IMG/VR virus record: IMGVR_UViG_3300025099_000001
Coordinates: 1,605 to 65,604 of that record
From: a virus
Taxonomy: Duplodnaviria; Caudoviricetes
Length of the DNA: 64,000 nucleotides
Strand: one strand, 5' to 3'
Each line of letters starts with the position of its first letter. Position 1 is the first letter of the stretch. A model generated the notes under the pieces. The model was not told the origin of the DNA. It was given only the letters and a program-made list of their open reading frames with translations, and did no database searches. Both the position numbers and the translations under genes were made by a program. Of this stretch, positions 58,201 to 64,000 are shown piece after piece.

Positions 58201-59837
58201 TTAGTTTCTTTTGCTTCTTCAACCGCATTCATTTCCTCTATAATCTCAGCCCTTCTTTTCTTTGCAGGTTGTGATTTATTCCCTTCTAAACTATTTAATT
58301 CTTCTTGTAACGGAACTAATTTATCTAATTTTTCTTGACTTAACTTTGGGTTTGCATCTAAAATTTCTTTTTGTGCTGTTGATTTGCTATGAATTTTTTT
58401 CTTTCTATCAGCCGCTACTTTTTCTAACTCTGGATTGTTTTTAATAGTTATTTCAGCTGCGGCAAATTCTTCGTCTGTAGAATTATACACTAAATCTTCC
58501 ATTATTTCAGGATCAACACGTGTTAAATCTTTTTGACTCTCATCAAAATTTCCTTTATTTATATAGTATTTAGGTGATTTATATGCTGCTATTCCAAGTG
58601 TAGCAGGTAAAGTTGCTGTTCCCGCAAACCCTTCAAATAAAACTTCAGCTGCGTCCATTTCTTGATCAGCTGCTAATCGCCCTCCTACTTCACCAAGAGA
58701 ACCTCCCGCTGCCTCTATTGCTGCAACTTGCCCTGTCGCTTTAACTTTCTTACCTAAACCGTATGCTTTTCCACCTAATGTTCTTGCTCCTACTTTTATA
58801 CCTATCTTAGAAGCCATACCGTCAATAGCACCAATAACAAGTCCTCTTCCTGCTGATTTGTTTCTTATACTACTCATTGCTTCTTTATCTTCTAAGACTT
58901 TTCGTACCCCTGCTTCATCTAACTTTAAACCTCTGTCAACAACTTCTTTTTGTAATAATTCAGCAAAAGTTAATCCTGTTTCTAATGTTATTCCTGCACC
59001 CATAAAAAAACCTGCAGCACTTCCTATAGGTGAAGCAACAGAACCTGCAGCAGCACCTGCAGCAGCACCTGCTAATACAGTGGGGTTTACCATAGCACTC
59101 ATGGAAGAAACAAATAATTGAGGAATAGTGGATGGGTTATTCCAAACTCCCTTAACCCAACCCCAAGCACCACCACCGTTAGCTTGGTATATACGATTAA
59201 AGTCTTTCATCTCATCTGAAACACCTGCACTTTGTAATTGTCTTTGTGCTACTAAAAAGTCTTGTATGTCTTCTGAGGTTACTTCAGCTCCAATACGGGA
59301 TTTACCTAATATTTCTAATGACTCATCAATAGTGCCTCCCTGCACTTGTCCTTGAACACCTGCACGCCACATATCGCCAAAAAAATCTGTAAATTCATTT
59401 TTACCAAATACTCTTTCAATTGCAGTATCCTTCTCACCAACTGATAAGTCTTGCATTTGAGCATCGGCATAAACAGGGCTGTAGGGTTTAACCTCAGCCA
59501 TTTCAAAATCAAGGTTTTGACTTTGTAAATAATCCGAAGTACCAACTCCTTCTTGTTCCGTGATAACTTCCTCCGTAATTTCCGTGTCCCCAGAACCATC
59601 TGAAACCACTTCTGGACTTTCTTGAGTCGGTTCTTTTTTTTTTACAGGTTGCTGAAATCCAACTAATATATTAAAATCGTCTTCAGACTTTTGATATCCA
59701 TTTTTTCTTGCAAGTCCATACATCTGATTTACTGCTTCAGGATTTTGTTGCATTAAAATAGTAAACTCTTCTAAAGATTTTTTATAACCATCTTGTTGAG
59801 CTAACCCATATAAAGTTTCTAAAGCTTCTTTATTCAT
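52176..59837 (-). CDS. Giant internal virion/ejection polyvalent protein
   Basis: 2553 aa; Gly/Ala hydrophobic segments; zincin HEIFH..EEYMAE; ART-like segment; follows pilot and GNAT genes as in T7 gp13-16. Confidence 0.7.
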   Translation of the reverse strand: MNKEALETLYGLAQQDGYKKSLEEFTILMQQNPEAVNQMYGLARKNGYQKSEDDFNILVGFQQPVKKKEPTQESPEVVSDGSGDTEITEEVITEQEGVGTSDYLQSQNLDFEMAEVKPYSPVYADAQMQDLSVGEKDTAIERVFGKNEFTDFFGDMWRAGVQGQVQGGTIDESLEILGKSRIGAEVTSEDIQDFLVAQRQLQSAGVSDEMKDFNRIYQANGGGAWGWVKGVWNNPSTIPQLFVSSMSAMVNPTVLAGAAAGAAAGSVASPIGSAAGFFMGAGITLETGLTFAELLQKEVVDRGLKLDEAGVRKVLEDKEAMSSIRNKSAGRGLVIGAIDGMASKIGIKVGARTLGGKAYGLGKKVKATGQVAAIEAAGGSLGEVGGRLAADQEMDAAEVLFEGFAGTATLPATLGIAAYKSPKYYINKGNFDESQKDLTRVDPEIMEDLVYNSTDEEFAAAEITIKNNPELEKVAADRKKKIHSKSTAQKEILDANPKLSQEKLDKLVPLQEELNSLEGNKSQPAKKRRAEIIEEMNAVEEAKETKVEETEITEEEIDKKLKELKPNTDTATSEERAYARNLVAKDKRDAAAKVAETETETETEITATPETKEEAQDLAEAVALDTEETVTNEQGEVVGEKVDEGEAMIRYGEESEQDLFAPLDFENTNNTTFGPAPANLAFFGPANRAGTYKADGTRNKFTATITPKNPYKVEKSDVWTVEKLKPIIEAGHDAIVVTNPIAPETIVLDKSIIKLTAPTELKTKPDATTKQSTTKVDGKKQAKPISKVSKRNTGRKKPTRKKVKDKVEQQKKDTQKKTKIKELKAIAPNAYVNESDKSKRINSEKFIKPAKRALAALKKLLPDVMVVIHENEVDYMNAIGNPKGRSAGVFRGDNVIHINAELANDRVLSHEIFHAILRNKLGSESKIAVLTDRMMKALAKADLDPEIKKKIDEYIALYKERNKDDASRLAYANEEYMAEIFSYLSNNYTSLKAPQKSIIKRFISKLSNLLGLTAEDVIGTDKALIDLLNVVAGKVQTGETITKSDVKQLDLFAGGKEVKNPSTALKTMVVGGFEVSYTQQDSIAEMIKKGLVTQPKNVNFLEGFETVITSPDDMLAGEIKFNGKVIFEGEGGVFFVTKFGDVWASGKKGTANSIARGLNEQLKANGGRAFLTLTKGTDSKLVSSASGVNSTLAILNTMLDKKLISASNFRTAVSSAVKKAGGTINLRQSARDLKTDIQKYFTNPNTTTFEKRGFVVKDIVGEIAKNLPKEDQAAIAEFLGGDKSRSVGKGTTKLVSGKPGSQALVDLLAQVAAEKLTKGLNTGDIYAIVEINGPVEVKKDTHPSYPFHISLKDGSKPILHLPQNRESGSKVLVQKSGKDYAVRNVSVVEGSYKAPDKTSVYTGETQEKRIFNKQDTINDVVAKARGLDYSEAAIFEYLRNNRKLSTDEARAALEQKEGAFTDIPMEFQLVNGGISEGQTLFNQISYELNKFLVEKPDATRIQTEKKAFEILRNNDIFKAQDKNIQNNIEISYKGVLGKVQSVEISKRISRLKRDLFIKKQGQRDLRKIQLQLKQLIRKYVPKEATFTKAELDRMLNKIITAGPDSILSVGEKIFNAVERKRKQVKIKKIKEIKAMVSKLAKSASTKSSRPIASNIEGGGVAFFKEVRSVLQAALTPDNVSRGEKLLSISALIDSNQQETQITLEKQKRGEPLTLREQTLLARVLAFDTFNNIYNLDLEAVTDILEKMKDAKKESIAMLNMARLERAEVNNEIFESATNQIRQNYPEMFNDDGKGELKNKRDFDALDKEGFLGDTRSKINNFFNQFKFTSTVGIRAYLRNRLSHLGTLMNILDNVNLKNTFFYDTVYQGLNRMHTKALRGYYNAQTMINSIAASIEGIESYQDLKQKLPFEPVKIDFGDTKYINKATGKAQEVFSVTQLMRIYALSKNETQRIKLENSGFGQYQISQIEGAIGTDAVEFVDKIVNWLSTDYFNSINNIYKQANYTDLGFVENYFPTKSISASNVTQDLIKGGNFSKVFSAETAPSLKERTDEFGEIDPGPDFVETLENHVAQMERYKAYALGVKNLQAVFNVPAVNTLLTRLGIADRVNESVNLAINPSMGVKDQGVLAKLQRKFTGFALSFKAIQLLKQSTSFVNAFEEYKGKGGAGGFMIGMAKVVARLPYYMKLAQEISPDFRDRLRKGLEGDLYRLETGSRTTAPIERRIKDLRQALNEKDYKAFKNKIITLFQKGAAMPTVMGDIMGVMGYMVNYEANIANGMSKAKAAEAFNNYNATQQSRRETDKIPLQQSQNEMTRAFTMFGSTLFLQINKVMSSTSNIMGAIFRKKAPRRQDIRAFVLNFAGANVMFALAANMFKFMGNDKDEEEAMDRLKEAMYGLNLLYQIPFFGAAVQETRNRALGKSSGYADDVVNPIKSVMRKVNKGLKDGRVDKSLRPLVEILLGAQVDPFVGMYNYFAGQGKDKNEAFYDIFGISPSYRPGTGTAYSSEDMKYIKQTNPDLYRQIQENKKLKNSSKKMSKSEMKRTNPEMYEQIYGEE
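57377..57541 (-). CDS. Overprinted small basic protein (+1 frame inside the giant ORF)
   Basis: MPLQSKAQLRWMAKNKPSLFQKFLNETLDVKSLPERKSKTKLSNRKKTRKRKRK. Confidence 0.6.
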   Translation of the reverse strand: MPLQSKAQLRWMAKNKPSLFQKFLNETLDVKSLPERKSKTKLSNRKKTRKRKRK

Positions 59838-59840
59838 ATG

Positions 59841-61583
59841 TTAAAAATTACCCATTGAGTTGTCACTATAAATTCTTGAATACTCCGCATCATTATATGG
59901 CTGTATAGCAGGATTAATTATTTCTTCTTGTATTTGTTTCCAAACAGGTTGACTTCGTTTAGTTCTTATCTTGTCTATTTTTAAATTTCTTCCCGCAAAA
60001 TCAACAAGCATATATTCAGCATCTCTACCTTCTAAAGTTGTATTATCTATTATATACTCACTATTTTGTGTAGCTGATCTCTCGTTGTAAAACACTTCAG
60101 TTTCTAAAAGCGTTCCATGAGGATTTACAAGCTCTTCCATTGATGGGGAAGAACCAGCACTTACTGTAGTTGGCTGGTGCATTACTACATATATTTTTTT
60201 GTCAGGCTGATCAGCAAAACGTACCCTATCAGGGTGTTCTTCAGGTAAATCACCAATCGTGAGTGGCATAATTATTGAATCATCTACATAAGTAGTTTTT
60301 AAACCTTGACCTTTATTATTATAAAACCTCTTTACTTTTGGCGGAAGGTAAGCGTCTGTAACTGAAGTATAAGTTTCTAATATCTGTTCATCAGAATCAT
60401 TAATACCTATTTCTTCATTTAATGCTTCTGTTACATATTCTGTCCCTGTAGTTGTAGAATTGTTAGGACCAATTTGTCTATCAGTAGTATAATCAGGCAT
60501 ATCTACTTTTACCTCTTGATATTTCTGATCATTAAGTTGATTTTTTCGTTCGTTAAGTGCATTGTTATTTGTCTCAAACTTAGTTCTAATAGCTTTTTGT
60601 TTGTTATCTATTTGATCATCAAAAACTTGACCCATATATTCTTTAGCTTTTTCTTTTTGGTTTGCCCAGTTTGGAGCGTCATCAATTATGGTAGGTTGAT
60701 TGTTATCAGAATAGTTAATATGAATTGCATTTGGGTTAGTATCATTAGTATCTGTAGTAGTGTAAAAATCACCCATTGAATCAGTTAATACACTGGCAAC
60801 ATCCAAATCTTTTGCCATAAACCCACTTATATATTTGTCTTTATTTGCAGTTGCTGTTTCAGTAAATATAGTTGCATCATCTAAAGTTCCTGTGTTGCTT
60901 ATTGTTGTCCCTAAAGAATCAACAATAGTTTTTGTTTTTCCTAAAACATCAAACTTGTCTAACCTAAAATTCATTCTATTATTCATACCAGAGAAAGGCA
61001 TATGCTTAGAAGGGTCTTTAGGTATTGAGCCATCGTCATTTGGTCTTACTAAAGATATCTCTCCAGTAGTAGGGTTTACATATTCTACTAACCCTTTTAA
61101 ATTACCAAAAGCTAAAGCTCCTTCAGCAAAATCTTGTTCTATAGATGATGAGCCTAAAAATCCTTTTGAAGGATCAGCAGCTATTCTATCTTGATAAGCC
61201 TTATAAGATGCGTCATAATTTTTTGCAGCCTTAGAAAAATCAGTAAAGTTTCCCGATATCCTATCCATTGCTTTTGTGTAATCTGTTTCACTAATCAATC
61301 CTCTTTTAAATAAATCGTTTTGTGTTTTTAAAAAGTTTTGTGCAGAACCTGAAGCACTAATAACTAATTGATTTAAAGAAGGACTATCGTATTGTTCTAA
61401 ATCTCTAAGCTCTCTATTTTTTTTATATGTGTCGTCTTCTATTTTATCTCTACGAGCTTCTTTATCTTTTTTTATAGCCGTCAATTGAGTTGTTAATCCT
61501 GTAGCTACCGCACCCCAATCAATAGTAGATTTAGTTAAATCTTCAGGTACAAAAGTGTTAAAATTTATATTTTGTTTAGCCAT
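59841..61583 (-). CDS. Internal virion (ejection) protein
   Basis: 580 aa, helical, between pilot and giant genes. Confidence 0.55.
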   Translation of the reverse strand: MAKQNINFNTFVPEDLTKSTIDWGAVATGLTTQLTAIKKDKEARRDKIEDDTYKKNRELRDLEQYDSPSLNQLVISASGSAQNFLKTQNDLFKRGLISETDYTKAMDRISGNFTDFSKAAKNYDASYKAYQDRIAADPSKGFLGSSSIEQDFAEGALAFGNLKGLVEYVNPTTGEISLVRPNDDGSIPKDPSKHMPFSGMNNRMNFRLDKFDVLGKTKTIVDSLGTTISNTGTLDDATIFTETATANKDKYISGFMAKDLDVASVLTDSMGDFYTTTDTNDTNPNAIHINYSDNNQPTIIDDAPNWANQKEKAKEYMGQVFDDQIDNKQKAIRTKFETNNNALNERKNQLNDQKYQEVKVDMPDYTTDRQIGPNNSTTTGTEYVTEALNEEIGINDSDEQILETYTSVTDAYLPPKVKRFYNNKGQGLKTTYVDDSIIMPLTIGDLPEEHPDRVRFADQPDKKIYVVMHQPTTVSAGSSPSMEELVNPHGTLLETEVFYNERSATQNSEYIIDNTTLEGRDAEYMLVDFAGRNLKIDKIRTKRSQPVWKQIQEEIINPAIQPYNDAEYSRIYSDNSMGNF

Positions 61584-61586
61584 AGG

Positions 61587-62579
61587 TTAGCGATTTAGTG
61601 TAAGTCCATACTTTTCAAATATAGACTGTGGGTTTAAATTAAAGCCACTTCTGTTTGGTACATTTATTCTTGTATCATTTACAAAAGGTGGTGCAGCATC
61701 AAACAAACTATAATTTGGCTGAAACATACCAAGTTCATTTACGTTGCTTTGTGTAGTGGTATTATTTAAAACATTTTGTGTAAAAGCTTCAGGTGTGTCA
61801 GCAAAACTATCATATACTTTCTCAGACGTACCTACAATTGCATTCATAGAGTCAGCATTATTGTCTTGTGCCGCTGCAAAGGCTGATAAAGAACCAAACT
61901 TTTCAATTCCTGCAGCTTGAGCGTTTAAATTTTCTAATAGTTTTGGATTTTTATAAAAGTCTATTTCAGTTATACCTTGTGCGTCTAACGTTAATTTATT
62001 GTCTTTATATAATTTTTTTAAAGCTCTATCTTCCTTACTTAAACTGTTTAAATCAGAGTTTGCAGAAATAGAAGTTAAAGCACTACCCAAAGAAGAAATA
62101 CCTGACTGTATTTGTTGTGCTTGTGCGGCTCTTGATTGAGCGTTTCTTGCTGCTTTGTCTTGTATTGCAGCTGTATCTATTGCTAATAATTGCTGATTAA
62201 TATCAGCTTGTTCTTGCGTTTGTATTGCCTCTAAAGCACTTAATTCTTGTTGCTGACTTAATCTTGCTTTTTCAGCTCGGTCAGTTTGCATAGCCCCTAT
62301 TCTTCCTGCTGAAGCAGCTACTTCTCTTCCACCACCTTCTCTTGCAGCATTTATTAAATCTGCACTAACTTGTAAATTATTTTCTAATTCCTGCCTATAT
62401 AAGTCATCACTAATGCTTAATTCGTCCATAACATTAACATTAGCTTTTCTTTTTAATTCAGCCATTTTATTTGCAGCATCTCTATTAGCCTGTCTATTAT
62501 CATTTGCTAATTTACGAGCTTGTGCAAAGCTAAGTCCCGCACCTGCTAAACCTATTACTGCTGTTGTTACTGCACCCAT
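61587..62579 (-). CDS. Pilot/ejection protein (T7 gp14-like position)
   Basis: Gly/Ala hydrophobic N-terminus, Gln/Ala coiled coil. Confidence 0.6.
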   Translation of the reverse strand: MGAVTTAVIGLAGAGLSFAQARKLANDNRQANRDAANKMAELKRKANVNVMDELSISDDLYRQELENNLQVSADLINAAREGGGREVAASAGRIGAMQTDRAEKARLSQQQELSALEAIQTQEQADINQQLLAIDTAAIQDKAARNAQSRAAQAQQIQSGISSLGSALTSISANSDLNSLSKEDRALKKLYKDNKLTLDAQGITEIDFYKNPKLLENLNAQAAGIEKFGSLSAFAAAQDNNADSMNAIVGTSEKVYDSFADTPEAFTQNVLNNTTTQSNVNELGMFQPNYSLFDAAPPFVNDTRINVPNRSGFNLNPQSIFEKYGLTLNR

Positions 62580-62580
62580 A

Positions 62581-62982
62581 TTATAATTTTTTTATCATTT
62601 CTGTTGCGTTTGAATCCCCTTCTAAATAACCTAACTCTTTATAAAGAGTAATTAACGGTTTACTTTTTAAAAGTGAATATATATATTTTTTTCCCAATCC
62701 TGTTGCTAAAGATGTTATTGTTTCTATTAACATTAATAAAGCTTCTTTTCTAATTTCTTTATTTTTAAATTTAAAATTAGATATAATCCATTCTAATAAC
62801 ACTACGTCAGAGTTTGTCATATAAACATAACCTGCACAAATTGGTTCGTCATTATAATAAACCATATACCCTGTATCGGGTAAAAAATCTTTTGCAGGAG
62901 GTGTCCATCTCCAATCTTTCCACCACTTGCACAACACATTCTCATAATCATCACTTGTAAGTGGCTTTATATTTAAACTCAT
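62581..62982 (-). CDS. GNAT-fold protein (internal virion protein A-like)
   Basis: LNIKPL..PICAGYVY..LLEWIISN..LYKELGY GNAT pattern. Confidence 0.65.
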   Translation of the reverse strand: MSLNIKPLTSDDYENVLCKWWKDWRWTPPAKDFLPDTGYMVYYNDEPICAGYVYMTNSDVVLLEWIISNFKFKNKEIRKEALLMLIETITSLATGLGKKYIYSLLKSKPLITLYKELGYLEGDSNATEMIKKL

Positions 62983-63002
62983 TCTTACAAAGATAATAAA
63001 AT

Positions 63003-63773
63003 CTATGGATAACTTTTCATCACACTACTTCCTAAAGAAAACATTTCTACAGGACTATTAGATGAGTTTTTCAACGTAAATTCCATAAAGTAACCTCTAA
63101 CCCCATTAGACTCTGCTTGTGGATTTTTATAATAAAACCAAAAATTATTACCTACAAGAGTAACAGCTCCTGGATTTGTCATTGTTAAAGTATTAGTTGC
63201 CTTATCTATTTTTACCACCTCTCCTATTTTTAAATCATTAGGTGTGCTTTTTACATATACTGCATCTCCACCACTAATCATATTGTCTATTGTAAGACTT
63301 GAAGGAAATAATAATTCCCACTCACCTGGAGTTGTAGATGCGGTAAAGTTAGCCCCATCAATAGTTCCTATACCATGTGTTGATCTTAATTTAAAATTTT
63401 CTGTGTTTAATGGAGTTCTAATATAACTAAACCATTCACCTTCTTTTTGTTCAAAGAAAGAAGATTCTATTATACCTATACCTAAGTCAGTAGCTAAATT
63501 GGTGCATTCCCATGCAGCACTACTCTCTAAAGATATAGTTTTAAATAATTTTATAGTAGTTGGTTCTGCGTTAAAAACTCCCGTTATTTCAGACGGAGTA
63601 AATATTCCGTAATAAGTATTTCTTAATTCATTAGTATTATGCCTATAAAGCCTACCTTGCTTAAAAGAATAAAAATAAGAATTCATACCTATCATGAATT
63701 CAGGTAAAAAAGAATAAAAAGACGGCCATCCTTTTACACCTTCACTATATGATAATGTTTCTGTTTTTGACAT
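63003..63773 (-). CDS. Tail structural protein
   Basis: TLSYSEGVKGWPSFYSF..KLFKTISLES..GVRGYFM resembles the C-terminal module of tail stabilisation proteins. Confidence 0.6.
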   Translation of the reverse strand: MSKTETLSYSEGVKGWPSFYSFLPEFMIGMNSYFYSFKQGRLYRHNTNELRNTYYGIFTPSEITGVFNAEPTTIKLFKTISLESSAAWECTNLATDLGIGIIESSFFEQKEGEWFSYIRTPLNTENFKLRSTHGIGTIDGANFTASTTPGEWELLFPSSLTIDNMISGGDAVYVKSTPNDLKIGEVVKIDKATNTLTMTNPGAVTLVGNNFWFYYKNPQAESNGVRGYFMEFTLKNSSNSPVEMFSLGSSVMKSYP

Positions 63774-63783
63774 ATTTTATTAT

Positions 63784-63975
63784 TTAACAACTCGCACAAG
63801 GACCAAGAGTTTTTGTTGAAAAAGTCCAACTTCTTTTGTATCCATTAAAAATTATTTCTACAGCTTGACCTGCAGGAACACCTGGGTCATAATAAGTAGT
63901 AAGTGTTGAATCAGTAAATACTCCTACTGCGTCACACCAACTTATTCCATCAAAATATAAATTAACTACTGGCAT
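63784..63975 (-). CDS. Small structural hypothetical protein
   Basis: 63 aa ending in CxxC, in the tail block. Confidence 0.45.
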   Translation of the reverse strand: MPVVNLYFDGISWCDAVGVFTDSTLTTYYDPGVPAGQAVEIIFNGYKRSWTFSTKTLGPCASC

Positions 63976-64000
63976 CTTAACAATTTATTTTATTTATTAC

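Noticed and set aside
52176-61583. Virion RNA polymerase as in crAss-like or N4 phages
   Set aside because: No DxDGD/DFDxD or single-subunit RNAP motifs were recognised.
1-64000. Stop-codon reassignment or a diversity-generating retroelement
   Set aside because: Long ORFs are intact in the standard code, with TAA, TAG and TGA all used as stops; no reverse transcriptase or TR/VR pair was seen.

Overview
This window holds most of the genome of an AT-rich, apparently lytic, podovirus-like tailed phage. The host is probably a Bacteroidota (likely Flavobacteriia) species: TAnnTTTG -7 promoter boxes precede many genes, and leaders are A-rich and lack Shine-Dalgarno motifs. The minus-strand late block (52.2-64 kb, continuing at 1-37.2 kb) encodes ejection proteins, tail, major capsid, scaffold, portal, terminase, several fibre proteins, lysis genes, about a dozen tiny basic proteins and a GroEL/GroES chaperonin system. 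The plus-strand early/replication block (38.3-51.9 kb) encodes unknown early proteins, a C5 methyltransferase, an ERF/exonuclease/SSB recombination set, a primase-helicase, an SF2 helicase and a VRR-NUC nuclease. Both window ends fall in the tail module, so the contig looks circularly permuted. I saw no integrase, DNA polymerase, RNA polymerase, tRNA or CRISPR array. The most notable observations are: (1) three covarying RNA hairpins between the first early genes; (2) an A10 slippery run in the giant ejection gene with all three frames open downstream, plus a nested overprinted gene in the same ORF; (3) a tandem double-GroES (Cpn20-like) protein in addition to GroEL and GroES; (4) a duplicated IHF-site plus TTGGAAT iteron module; (5) a strand-polarised GGACTTACG motif; (6) an apparent plug-and-socket chain of fibre proteins. 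All functional calls come from motif recognition by eye; no database searches were run.
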